From Oscillospiraceae bacterium (GTDB lineage Bacteria > Bacillota > Clostridia > Oscillospirales > Oscillospiraceae), in NCBI GenBank assembly GCA_017395085.1, contig JAFPWF010000017.1, positions 1 to 64,000 of the forward strand: a stretch of 64,000 nucleotides of DNA, in the 5' to 3' direction. The notes under the pieces are model-generated. The model saw only the letters and a list, made by a program, of their open reading frames with translations, was not told where the DNA came from and ran no database searches. Shown piece after piece: positions 1 to 7,793 of this stretch. Made by a program: the position numbers and the translations under genes. The first letter of the stretch is position 1; the number at the start of each line of letters is the position of its first letter.

Positions 1-712
1 GAAAAAGCTCTACGCCGAGGAGCTCGCCGTCATCATCCCCATCCCCGAGGCCGTGCTCGACGACTCGAACTACGACATCTGGGGCGAGGTGAAGCCCCGC
101 ATCGTCGAGGCCATGGGCCGCCGCATCGACGACGCCGTGCTATTCGGCAACGGCGCGCCGAGTACCTGGCGCGACAGCATTGTCGACACCGCCGTGAACG
201 CCGGCTGCAGCGTCACCCTCGGCACCGATCTCTTCCAGGACATCATGGGGGAGAACGGCCTCATTGCCAAGGCAGAGGAGAGCGGGTACCTGCCCACCGG
301 CATCATGAGCGCCGTCACCATGCGGGCGAAGCTCCGCGGTCTCACGGACCAGAACGGCCAGCCCATCTTCCTGTCGAACATGCAGGACGGTGCGAGGTAT
401 ACCCTTGACGGCATCCCCATGGACTTCCCGATGAACGGGGCCTGGGACGCGGACAGCTGCCTGATGATCGCGGGCGACTTCAGCCAGCTGGTATATTCCA
501 TCCGGCAGGATGTGACCTACAAGGTCCTGACCGAGGCCACCATCGTGGACCCCACCAGCCGCGAGGTTGTTTACTCCCTCGCCCAGCAGGACATGGTCGC
601 CCTGCGCGCGGTCATGCGCCTGGGCTGGGAGATCCCGAACCCCGTCAGCGCCTACCGCGCGAACCTCACGGACTACAGCCCCTTTGCGGTGCTGCTGCCC
701 GAGGAACCCTGA
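1..712 (+). CDS. phage major capsid protein, HK97-like (5' end lies upstream of the window)
   Basis: The open frame continues from position 2 (KKLYAEELAVIIPIPEAVLDDSNYD...). Length, composition and C-terminal motifs resemble HK97-fold capsid proteins. Tail, holin and lysin genes follow. Confidence 0.55.
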   Translation, partial: KKLYAEELAVIIPIPEAVLDDSNYDIWGEVKPRIVEAMGRRIDDAVLFGNGAPSTWRDSIVDTAVNAGCSVTLGTDLFQDIMGENGLIAKAEESGYLPTGIMSAVTMRAKLRGLTDQNGQPIFLSNMQDGARYTLDGIPMDFPMNGAWDADSCLMIAGDFSQLVYSIRQDVTYKVLTEATIVDPTSREVVYSLAQQDMVALRAVMRLGWEIPNPVSAYRANLTDYSPFAVLLPEEP

Positions 713-720
713 CACACGGA

Positions 721-750
721 AAAAGGAAGGCGGTTCACCCCGCCTTCCTA
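721..750. terminator. GC-rich hairpin after the capsid gene (ggaaggcgg-ttcac-ccgccttcc)
   Basis: Perfect 9-bp stem directly after the stop codon. No clear U-run on the + strand. Confidence 0.3.
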
Positions 751-812
751 ACCACTAACAACACTGTCATTGCGAAGCGGCTCCGCCGCTGTGGCAATCC
801 GTCCTGTTCATA

Positions 813-1199
813 ATGACTGATTATTCTTTTTACACCGATACCTACCACGGATCCCTCATCCCGGAGGAGGATTTCCCGTTCTGGCTCGGCAAGGCCGACG
901 CCAAACTGGAGGAGCTGACCTACGGTCACTGTTTCCATGAGGATCTCCCGGCTGCCGTACAGACGCGGGTCTCCCTTGCGGAGTGCGCCATCGCCGACAC
1001 GCTCTTTTCCTTCGACTCCGCATCCGCAGCACCCATAGCGGCCGCAACCATCTCGGAGGAAAAGGTCGGCTCCCATTCCGTCAAGTACAACGACGCGATC
1101 TCCGCCTCTCAGGCTCTTTCATCCCAGATCCGAAGCCTTGCCTCGGCCTATCTCCTCACCACCGGCCTGCTGAACCGGGCCTGCCGAATTCTAGATTAA
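813..1199 (+). CDS. phage head-tail connector/adaptor-like protein (hypothetical)
   Basis: 128-aa ORF directly downstream of the capsid gene in the structural module. Confidence 0.4.
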   Translation: MTDYSFYTDTYHGSLIPEEDFPFWLGKADAKLEELTYGHCFHEDLPAAVQTRVSLAECAIADTLFSFDSASAAPIAAATISEEKVGSHSVKYNDAISASQALSSQIRSLASAYLLTTGLLNRACRILD

Positions 1200-1336
1200 A
1201 TCACTTTCCATATTCCCTCGCTTCCTCGACGGAGAGCCCAGCGCAGCGGGTCTTCGCCGAAACGGCGACGAGCAACGGAATGGTCGAGCTTTCCTGACGC
1301 TACAGGGAAGCGAGTGATATGGAGTTTGCGAGGAAG
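1196..1336 (+). repeat. intergenic structured element, copy 1 of a 5-member family
   Basis: Conserved core GAGCCCAG..GGGTCTTC..CGAAA..GACGAGCA..GAGCTTTCC(YG)..(CR)GGGAAGCGA..GATA..GAG.TTG.GAGGA. Two hairpins show compensatory changes between copies. Confidence 0.6.
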
Positions 1337-1338
1337 CT

Positions 1339-1794
1339 ATGTACACGCCTCACACCGTTTCCCTCATCTCTTATCACTCCGGTACGCCTTACCTCACCAT
1401 CCTCCGCGGCGTGATGCTGCAGGGGCCGGACGGCAGGGCGGTGCTGCAGCGGGGTGAGCAGGTCTCGGACAACATCACCCTGTATATCCCGTTCTCCGTC
1501 CGTGCCGAAACCCCTTCCGGCGAAGCTGCGTCCTTCCTTTCTCCCAAAAACTATGCTGACGGCATAGATCCGGAAAAGCATTGGACGCTGCAGCCGGAGG
1601 GGGAGAGCGCGGGACGCTGCGGTTTCTTTGTCAAAGGCGAGCTTTCTGAACCGATTTCCCTGGAGGAAGCCTACGACCGGTATGACTTCGTCTATACCAT
1701 CGCCGGCTTCACCGTGCACGACTACGGCTCTGAACGACTTCAACACTTTGAAGTCGTAACTAAAGTAGCGTCTCGCTACTATCAGGATAGATAG
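1339..1794 (+). CDS. phage structural-module protein (hypothetical)
   Basis: 151-aa ORF. The start codon immediately follows copy 1 of the element, whose 3' tail supplies a GAGGAAG RBS. Confidence 0.5.
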   Translation: MYTPHTVSLISYHSGTPYLTILRGVMLQGPDGRAVLQRGEQVSDNITLYIPFSVRAETPSGEAASFLSPKNYADGIDPEKHWTLQPEGESAGRCGFFVKGELSEPISLEEAYDRYDFVYTIAGFTVHDYGSERLQHFEVVTKVASRYYQDR

Positions 1795-1795
1795 T

Positions 1796-1965
1796 TTTCC
1801 TTGTTCTTTCGTTACTCGACGAAGAGCCCAGTGCAACGGGTCTTCGTCGAAACAGCGACGAGCATCCCGACGCGCGGGAAGCGTGCGACGTACCAAGCTT
1901 GTCTCGGAATGAATGAGCTTTCGTGTTTACACGGAAGCGAACGATATAGAGCTTGTGAGGAGCAG
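1796..1965 (+). repeat. intergenic structured element, copy 3 (carries a ~50 nt internal insertion)
   Basis: Same conserved core as copies 1, 2, 4 and 5. The terminal hairpin has compensatory CGTG/CACG in place of CCTG/CAGG. Confidence 0.6.
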
Positions 1966-2073
1966 ATGCGGCACTACGAAGTCTTCACCATAGTAGCCCG
2001 TTACTACCAGTATTCTTAAACCTGTCATTGCGAGCCAGCCCGCAGGCTGGTGTGGCAATCCGTTTCTATTCCT

Positions 2074-2442
2074 ATGACGCTAAGAGACATTATTACCTGG
2101 CTTTCCGCCTGCCCCGTCTTTGCCGGCGAGGCTCTCGTCCCGAACTTCCTCCCATCCCATAAGGGGTGGAGCATCAGCACGGACAGGCAGTCCGTCCGCA
2201 CGGACATCCTCGGGAACCGCATCACCCAGCGCAGGGTGAAGATTACCCGGCGCGTCACAGTTCCGGACGCGGATACACGCCTCGCCGTGCTGGAGCAGCT
2301 GGAGGATCTTGCCGCCTGGGCGCGGGAGAACCCGCCCGCGGACGGCAGCATCCGCATGACCGGCTTGCCTGAGTTCCAGTCCCGCGCCTCTTCCGGCACG
2401 GAAGATTTCATCGTTTATCTCACCCTCGTCTCTGACGAGTAA
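2074..2442 (+). CDS. phage head-tail joining/structural protein (hypothetical)
   Basis: ORF in the structural module (MTLRDIITWLSACPVFAGE...). The track start at 2050 is GTG; the ATG at 2074 is preferred. Confidence 0.45.
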   Translation: MTLRDIITWLSACPVFAGEALVPNFLPSHKGWSISTDRQSVRTDILGNRITQRRVKITRRVTVPDADTRLAVLEQLEDLAAWARENPPADGSIRMTGLPEFQSRASSGTEDFIVYLTLVSDE

Positions 2443-2444
2443 AT

Positions 2445-2588
2445 TTAAAATACCTTTTCCATATTCCCTCGCTTCATCGAAGGAGAGCCCAGCAAAGCGG
2501 GTCTTCTTCGAAAGGTGACGAGCAACGGAATGGTCGAGCTTTCCTGTTGCCACAGGGAAGCGAGTGATATGGAGTTTGGGAGGAACCC
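2445..2588 (+). repeat. intergenic structured element, copy 2
   Basis: Near-identical to copy 1 (ttccatattccctcgcttc...gagtgatatggagtttgggagga). It ends at the start codon of the next gene. Confidence 0.6.
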
Positions 2589-3113
2589 ATGCCTGATTGC
2601 ACTTTCAATACCATTTCCGGCCGTACCATCGCCCGCGAGCAGGTCGTTGCCTATCTCAACACCGGCACGACTTCCAACCCCATCTGGGATCCGCTCGGCC
2701 GCCGCGTCCAGGACAGCTCCACCGAACTGGACTGGGAGAGCGACACCGTGCGCGACATCCTCGGCAACACCTACGGCATTATGAAGAAGCCGAAGATCAC
2801 CCAGACCTTCGACCCGTGGGACCTTGACGGCGGCGACGACGCCCAGCTGAAGGTCTGGAACCTCGCCGTGAACCGGCAGGATCCGCAGGCCCTCTCTGCG
2901 CAGGACATGCTGATTGTCCATTTCTATGCCGGGGACGTCTCCGCGCCCTTTGCCGAGCGCTACGCCTCCTGCATGGTCGAGGTCACGGGCCTCGGGGGCG
3001 AGGGCGGCGGCAACATCGGCATGCCGATCACCGTCACCTTCGGCGGAACCCGCACCCTCGGCACCGCCACGAAGGATGCCACCACCGGGGCGATTACCTT
3101 CACGCCGCAGTGA
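2589..3113 (+). CDS. phage major tail protein-like
   Basis: 174 aa with a Gly/Thr-rich C-terminus. It sits upstream of a chaperone-like gene and the tape-measure gene. Confidence 0.45.
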   Translation: MPDCTFNTISGRTIAREQVVAYLNTGTTSNPIWDPLGRRVQDSSTELDWESDTVRDILGNTYGIMKKPKITQTFDPWDLDGGDDAQLKVWNLAVNRQDPQALSAQDMLIVHFYAGDVSAPFAERYASCMVEVTGLGGEGGGNIGMPITVTFGGTRTLGTATKDATTGAITFTPQ

Positions 3114-3125
3114 GGAGCGTGACGC

Positions 3126-3542
3126 ATGAAAAACCTATCTTTCTCCGACGGCCTTGAGGAGTACTCCCTCAACGACCGCGTCACCGTCCGCTTCAACCCC
3201 ACCGACGCAAGCTTCCTCGAGCGGCTTGCCGAGCTCTTTTCCCGGCTCGACGCCCTGCAGGAGGAGGTCGCAGCCCTGCAGGAAACCACGCCGGAAGAGA
3301 AGGTCTTCCCGTTGGCCAGGTCCCTGGACGCCCGCATGCGGGACCTGCTGGACGGCTTCTTCGGCCAGCCGGTGTGCGAACAGCTCTTCGATTCCATGAA
3401 CCTCTTTGCCTCGGCGGGGGGACTCCCCGTGTGGGCAAACCTGCTCCTTGCCCTCACCGAGGAGGTCGAGTCCGCCATGCAGGGAGAGCTTTCAGCCCGC
3501 GAGGCCCGCATCGCAAAGTACACGGAGAAGTATAAAAAATAG
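3126..3542 (+). CDS. tail assembly chaperone-like protein
   Basis: 138-aa acidic, helical protein placed between the major tail and tape-measure genes. Confidence 0.4.
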   Translation: MKNLSFSDGLEEYSLNDRVTVRFNPTDASFLERLAELFSRLDALQEEVAALQETTPEEKVFPLARSLDARMRDLLDGFFGQPVCEQLFDSMNLFASAGGLPVWANLLLALTEEVESAMQGELSAREARIAKYTEKYKK

Positions 3543-3565
3543 CAGAGGAGGAAAGTTCTCCTCTG
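3530..3565 (-). terminator. intrinsic terminator (hairpin gcagaggag/ctcctctgc plus a U-run on the - strand)
   Basis: Perfect 9-bp stem followed, on the reverse strand, by TATTTTTTATA. It ends the antisense two-gene cassette. Confidence 0.45.
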
Positions 3566-3585
3566 CGGACGTAACGCTTTTCCTG

Positions 3586-3996
3586 TCAGCCTGTGTAGGC
3601 GTCCTCTGCCGTGTTTGTGAAATTTTGCCTCGCCAGCCACTCCCGCTCCTCTTCGTTTTCGGGGATGTCGATGCGCTCGATTTTGAAAATGACCGGCCTT
3701 GTGCCGTCATTGCAGCAGGCGATCATCATCCGGTCGTCGTTGGTCCAGCCCTGCATGATGGATCCGCCCTGAAGAGCCGTGTATACATATCTGCTGACGG
3801 CATCCCAGGCTTCCCCGCAGAACTTTCCATTCATCAGATGATAGAAATCATCCTGCGTCGGAGTACGCTTCAGCAGGAAGGTGTCGCCCGGCTTGAAGAA
3901 CGGGCAGGGGCCGGATTTCGGATCGGCCAGGTATTTCTCCTGCAGATCCGGAAAACACTTTGTCTCCAGTACGGTTATCCTGCATTCATGTTTCAT
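3586..3996 (-). CDS. hypothetical protein co-transcribed with the radical SAM gene
   Basis: 136-aa ORF. Its ATG overlaps the upstream stop (ATGA coupling) and it has a good coding pattern. Confidence 0.45.
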   Translation of the reverse strand: MKHECRITVLETKCFPDLQEKYLADPKSGPCPFFKPGDTFLLKRTPTQDDFYHLMNGKFCGEAWDAVSRYVYTALQGGSIMQGWTNDDRMMIACCNDGTRPVIFKIERIDIPENEEEREWLARQNFTNTAEDAYTG

Positions 3997-4877
3997 GTTT
4001 CTTTTCCCCTCTTCGCTGACTTAGTGATCTCCTCATGATAGAAGTAATTGCACACCACAGGCGGCTCACCGAAGTGCGCACGATGCTGGTCGTCGTCGCG
4101 GATATACAGCATGCCTTCCTTTGCTGTGTACTCCCTGATCTTCTGATCCAGATCCGTCCAGTAGGCGCGGCTTTTCTTCGTGTAGATCTCACGGTACAGC
4201 TCGTCCAATTCCGGATGATGCTTGTGAATCCAATCGAGGATGCGCTTCCTGTAGTCCCCGCGCAGGTTCAGGTTCTCCAGCCATACGAGGTTGCACTGAC
4301 CCTTTGCCCGCTCGATGATCTCGATCGGGTCCGTGATGCCGGGGAAGATCGGCGAGATGAAGCATGTGGACTGGATACCCGCTTCATAGAACTGACGCAT
4401 GGCCTCCAGCCTCCGCTCAATGCTGACCGCCCGGTCCATCTCTTTTCGGAAGCCCTCGTCCAGCGTGTTGATGGACCAGGATACGTGGGCGCTGGGAAAC
4501 TGCCTGATCAGGTCGAGATCCCGCAGGATCAGGTCGGACTTCGTGGAGATGCTGATGCTGATCCCGGTGTCCAGCAACTGTTCCAGCAGGGCGCGGGTTC
4601 GGCCGTACTTTGCCTCCAGCGGCTGATAGGGGTCGGTGACCGAGCAGAAAAAAGCTTCCTTCCCGGCATACTTCCCAGGCTTATGGATCTCCGGCCAGAC
4701 CTTGACATCCACGAACTCTCCCCAGGGCTCCGGGTGGTTGGTAAAGCGCTTCATGAACGATGCGTAGCAGTATTTGCAGGCATGTGTGCAGCCCACATAG
4801 GGATTGACAGCGTAATCCGACACCGGCAGATTCGTCTTTGTCATGATATCCTTGACTTCGATTTCTTTGATAACCAT
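3993..4877 (-). CDS. radical SAM protein, spore-photoproduct-lyase/'DNA repair photolyase' (COG1533-like) family
   Basis: N-terminal NPYVGCTHACKYCYA contains the CxxxCxxC radical-SAM cluster motif in the context typical of SplB-like enzymes. Length 294 aa. Confidence 0.65.
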   Translation of the reverse strand: MVIKEIEVKDIMTKTNLPVSDYAVNPYVGCTHACKYCYASFMKRFTNHPEPWGEFVDVKVWPEIHKPGKYAGKEAFFCSVTDPYQPLEAKYGRTRALLEQLLDTGISISISTKSDLILRDLDLIRQFPSAHVSWSINTLDEGFRKEMDRAVSIERRLEAMRQFYEAGIQSTCFISPIFPGITDPIEIIERAKGQCNLVWLENLNLRGDYRKRILDWIHKHHPELDELYREIYTKKSRAYWTDLDQKIREYTAKEGMLYIRDDDQHRAHFGEPPVVCNYFYHEEITKSAKRGKET

Positions 4878-4892
4878 CTATGCACCTCCGCA

Positions 4893-4925
4893 AATACCGA
4901 TTTGTCAGCGTGATTATACCATCTG
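4893..4925 (-). promoter_or_regulatory. putative promoter of the antisense radical-SAM cassette (extended -10 TGGTATAAT)
   Basis: The reverse complement reads ttcaat-N15-tggtataat, followed by a GGAGG RBS and the ATG. Confidence 0.3.
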
Positions 4926-4950
4926 CTCCGCATATTGAAAAGAAAGAATC

Positions 4951-5484
4951 ATGTTTTCTCTACCAACCACCGTCACCGTCTCCGGCACCGAATACCCCGT
5001 CCGCACGGACTTCCGGGTGATCCTGGAGATCTTTGTGATGCTCTCCGATCCCTCCCTCTCCGATGCCGACAAGACCGAGGCCCTGCTGAGGATGTTCTAT
5101 GAGGAGCGCCCCGCGGATATCCCCACGGCCCTGCAGGCCTTCCGGAGTTTTGTAGATCCCGGCTCCCCGTCGCAGAAGTCCTCCGGCCCGTCTCTCGTGA
5201 ACTGGGCCCATGACTTCCCGCTGCTGGTCGGGCCGGTCAACCACGTGCTGGGCGCCGAGTGCCGCAGCATGCCGTACCTGCACTGGCACACCTTCCTCGC
5301 GGCATACATGGAAATCTCGCCGGACAGCGTCTTCTCTCAGACGCTCCGCATCCGCGAAAAGCTCCGATCCGGCAAAAAACTCGAGAAGTGGGAGAGGGAG
5401 TTTTTCAGGCGCAACCCCGATCTGGTCAACCCGCCCGTTAAACTGACCGACGCCGAGAAGGAAATCCTCAAAGACTGGGCATAA
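4951..5484 (+). CDS. phage Gp15-like tail-module protein
   Basis: 177-aa ORF positioned immediately upstream of the tape-measure gene, resembling Gp15-family proteins of Firmicutes siphophages. Confidence 0.4.
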   Translation: MFSLPTTVTVSGTEYPVRTDFRVILEIFVMLSDPSLSDADKTEALLRMFYEERPADIPTALQAFRSFVDPGSPSQKSSGPSLVNWAHDFPLLVGPVNHVLGAECRSMPYLHWHTFLAAYMEISPDSVFSQTLRIREKLRSGKKLEKWEREFFRRNPDLVNPPVKLTDAEKEILKDWA

Positions 5485-5516
5485 AAAAACAGAGCAGCAC
5501 TCACTGCTCTGCTTGG
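5484..5516 (-). terminator. intrinsic terminator (cagagcag/ctgctctg hairpin with an A/U run)
   Basis: 8-bp stem. The reverse complement gives the hairpin followed by TTTTTTT. Confidence 0.45.
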
Positions 5517-5695
5517 ATTGGTTCAGAATCTCTAATAGGATGAAAATACTTGTAAAACTCAAATTCATCTGTAATCCAAATCTGTTTCCCATCTTGATAA
5601 ATTACCCAACCATCGAGACAAGGCGCACATTCGTATAATACGTCAAAAACAATTGGCGAGTTTTCCGGTGGGTTAAAACATCTGAATTTCTTCAT
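5501..5695 (-). CDS. small hypothetical protein (antisense moron in the tail module)
   Basis: 64-aa ORF with its own terminator. Weak support. Confidence 0.3.
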   Translation of the reverse strand: MKKFRCFNPPENSPIVFDVLYECAPCLDGWVIYQDGKQIWITDEFEFYKYFHPIRDSEPIQAEQ

Positions 5696-5759
5696 AATAC
5701 ATCACCTAATTCTTCTTCTAGTTCAGATTATACCATTACATCAATCTGGTGAAAACCCC

Positions 5760-7076
5760 ATGCCATCTATTACTTTTGAAACTGAAGCCGCAAATTACGA
5801 GGCTTCCGCCATCGCCCTCCGCTCGCTGACAAAGGAATACACCAAGCTCAACCGGGTCATCGTGCAGACCGAGAAGCAGCTTTTGAAGTTCGACGAGATC
5901 AACCGCCTCGTCGCTTATGCCGACAAACCCGCCTCAGCCGGCAGGACGTCCTCCGGTCGCAGCAGTTCCTCCAAGTCAGCCTCAAAGACTACCACGCCCA
6001 AGACGACAACCGGCACCGGCTCCGGGGAGAAAAAGCCCTACATGCCCTCCACGCGTGACACTTCCGCCTCGCTGCCGCTGCACCTCGCCATCAAGGACAT
6101 CTTCTTCGAGTGGGGCGACCTCAACTGGGAGGTCATCCTCATGAAGCTGATTGCCGGCGTGAACGCCATCGGCCTCGGGGTGATCGGCCTGGTCGCAGCG
6201 GGGCCCGCAGGCCTTGCCCTCGGCCTCACGGCGGGGCTCCTGTTCAGCATCCTTGCGGACGCCACCATCTTCAACTTTGACGGAAAGGTCCAGCCGGAGG
6301 AACTGCGCAAGGCGCTCTACGCGCTGCTGCCCGTGGCGGGGGCGGGGGTCGGCCTCATCGCCGGCGGGCCCGCCGGTGCGCTCATCGGGCTTGCGGTCGG
6401 CACCTTCCTGAGCCTGAAGCTCATCGGGCTCGACTGGAGCGAAGCCGAGCGGCAGCTTACGCAGTTCTTCACCGACCTGCACGACTTCTTCGACCTGCGC
6501 TTTCAGAGCGTCAGCAGGTTCTTCCATGAGAGCATCGACGGCCTCAAAACCTGGTGGTCAAACCTCAGCTTCCGGGGCTTCCACCTCAGCCTGCCGCACC
6601 TGCATGTACAGTGGGAGATGTTGAACGCCAATTCCGCGCTGGCCCGCTTCCTCGGCATCAGCGCCGTGCCGCACCTCAGCGTGCAGTGGTACGCGAGAGG
6701 CGGCATCGTGAACGGCGCCACCCTCATCGGCGCGGGGGAACAGGGGAAGGAGGCCGTCATCCCGCTGGAAAGGCATACCGAGTGGATCCGCCTGGTGGCG
6801 AGCGAGCTCCGCGCGCAGCTGGAGGCCCTCGGCCCCTCGCACACCTGGGCGCTCTATCCTCTGCCGGCGGCCGCAACCGGTTCCCTCATTCCGCCTTCCG
6901 CCCTGCAAAGCGAAAGCCGCCCATCTCTGGACGGCCTTGCCGATGCGATTGTCAGCGCAATCTCCACGCTGCAGGCGGTTTCTCCCGAGCCCGTGATCCG
7001 CGTCTACCTCGACGGAAAGCAGCTCTCCGACGCGGTCACCAGGTACCAGCGCCGGGACGCGAGAGCATCAGGCTGA
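5760..7076 (+). CDS. tail tape-measure-like protein
   Basis: N-terminal coiled coil, a Ser/Thr/Lys-rich linker, and a Gly-rich hydrophobic segment (GLGVIGLVAAGPAGLALGLTAGLL) typical of tape-measure proteins. At 438 aa it is short for that family. Confidence 0.5.
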   Translation: MPSITFETEAANYEASAIALRSLTKEYTKLNRVIVQTEKQLLKFDEINRLVAYADKPASAGRTSSGRSSSSKSASKTTTPKTTTGTGSGEKKPYMPSTRDTSASLPLHLAIKDIFFEWGDLNWEVILMKLIAGVNAIGLGVIGLVAAGPAGLALGLTAGLLFSILADATIFNFDGKVQPEELRKALYALLPVAGAGVGLIAGGPAGALIGLAVGTFLSLKLIGLDWSEAERQLTQFFTDLHDFFDLRFQSVSRFFHESIDGLKTWWSNLSFRGFHLSLPHLHVQWEMLNANSALARFLGISAVPHLSVQWYARGGIVNGATLIGAGEQGKEAVIPLERHTEWIRLVASELRAQLEALGPSHTWALYPLPAAATGSLIPPSALQSESRPSLDGLADAIVSAISTLQAVSPEPVIRVYLDGKQLSDAVTRYQRRDARASG

Positions 7077-7337
7077 TCGTCTGCCGAAGTATCCCGGGTT
7101 CACTTCTCCGTAAGTGCTGTGGATGTCTTTCAGCTCAAACAGCAGGTACGGGTCGCTTGCAAAATAGCTTCCAAGTCTGCAGCCTTGCATCGTGACGGAT
7201 CCGTCCCTGTCGACGGTAAAGATACGCAGCGTGTTTTCCGTTCTGCCGTCCTGATTCGTCAGGATGTATTCCTCCCGGTCTACCAGATAGTATAGCACTC
7301 TGGTGCTGGGCTTCAGTTTATAGTCAAGTTCTTTCAT
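7068..7337 (-). CDS. small hypothetical protein (antisense)
   Basis: 89-aa ORF between tail genes. It overlaps the tape-measure gene end by 9 nt. Confidence 0.25.
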   Translation of the reverse strand: MKELDYKLKPSTRVLYYLVDREEYILTNQDGRTENTLRIFTVDRDGSVTMQGCRLGSYFASDPYLLFELKDIHSTYGEVNPGYFGRRSA

Positions 7338-7363
7338 CTTTGGTCTCCAGTCTGTGAGGTATT

Positions 7364-7735
7364 ATGGCAAACTTTGTTTTCACCGTGAATAACGTCAATC
7401 TTCTGCCGTATATCGTCGAGGACGGGCTCAAATGGACCCGCTTCGACGTCGAGGCGCCGGACACCGGGCGTACGCTGGACGGAGTGATGCACCGGGGCAG
7501 GGTGGCCGTCAAGGTCCGGCTGGACGTGACCTGCCGCCCCCTCACGGCCGCGGAGACAGCCACCGTCCTGAACGCCATCGCGCCGGAGTTCGTCACTGTC
7601 CGCTACGAGGACCCGATGTTTGGATCCGTCACCAGGACGATGTACTCCAACAATATCCCGGCTCTCTGCGCCACCGTCTATCCTGACGGCACCGCCCGCT
7701 GGGAGGGGCTGGCTTTCCCATTGATCGAGCGCTGA
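7364..7735 (+). CDS. phage tail component (hypothetical)
   Basis: 123-aa ORF in the tail module. Confidence 0.4.
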   Translation: MANFVFTVNNVNLLPYIVEDGLKWTRFDVEAPDTGRTLDGVMHRGRVAVKVRLDVTCRPLTAAETATVLNAIAPEFVTVRYEDPMFGSVTRTMYSNNIPALCATVYPDGTARWEGLAFPLIER

Positions 7736-7793
7736 TCCTACCAGAGAAAGATGAAGGGGAACTGAATCTTCCATGAACAATTCGTGAATCCGT

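Noticed and set aside
1196-1336. Hammerhead, twister or other known self-cleaving ribozyme in the repeated element
   Set aside because: No CUGANGA...GAAA hammerhead core or other ribozyme consensus could be placed (ctgacgc and ctgttgc lack the required GA). Left as an unclassified structured element.
2050-2073. GTG start at 2050 for the 130-aa phage ORF
   Set aside because: An in-frame ATG at 2074 is better positioned relative to the upstream conserved hairpin and the homologous arrangement before gene 813.
3406-4038. Programmed frameshift from the tail-chaperone gene (A-AAA-AAT near the stop at 3530-3541) into a long overlapping frame
   Set aside because: The long downstream frame is antisense to the well-supported 136-aa/radical-SAM cassette and shows no tail-protein character. 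The heptamer is not a canonical XXXYYYZ shifter in the right register.
4035-4913. 292-aa + strand ORF
   Set aside because: Fully antisense to the radical SAM gene, which has a strong motif-supported reading frame. Typical high-GC shadow ORF.
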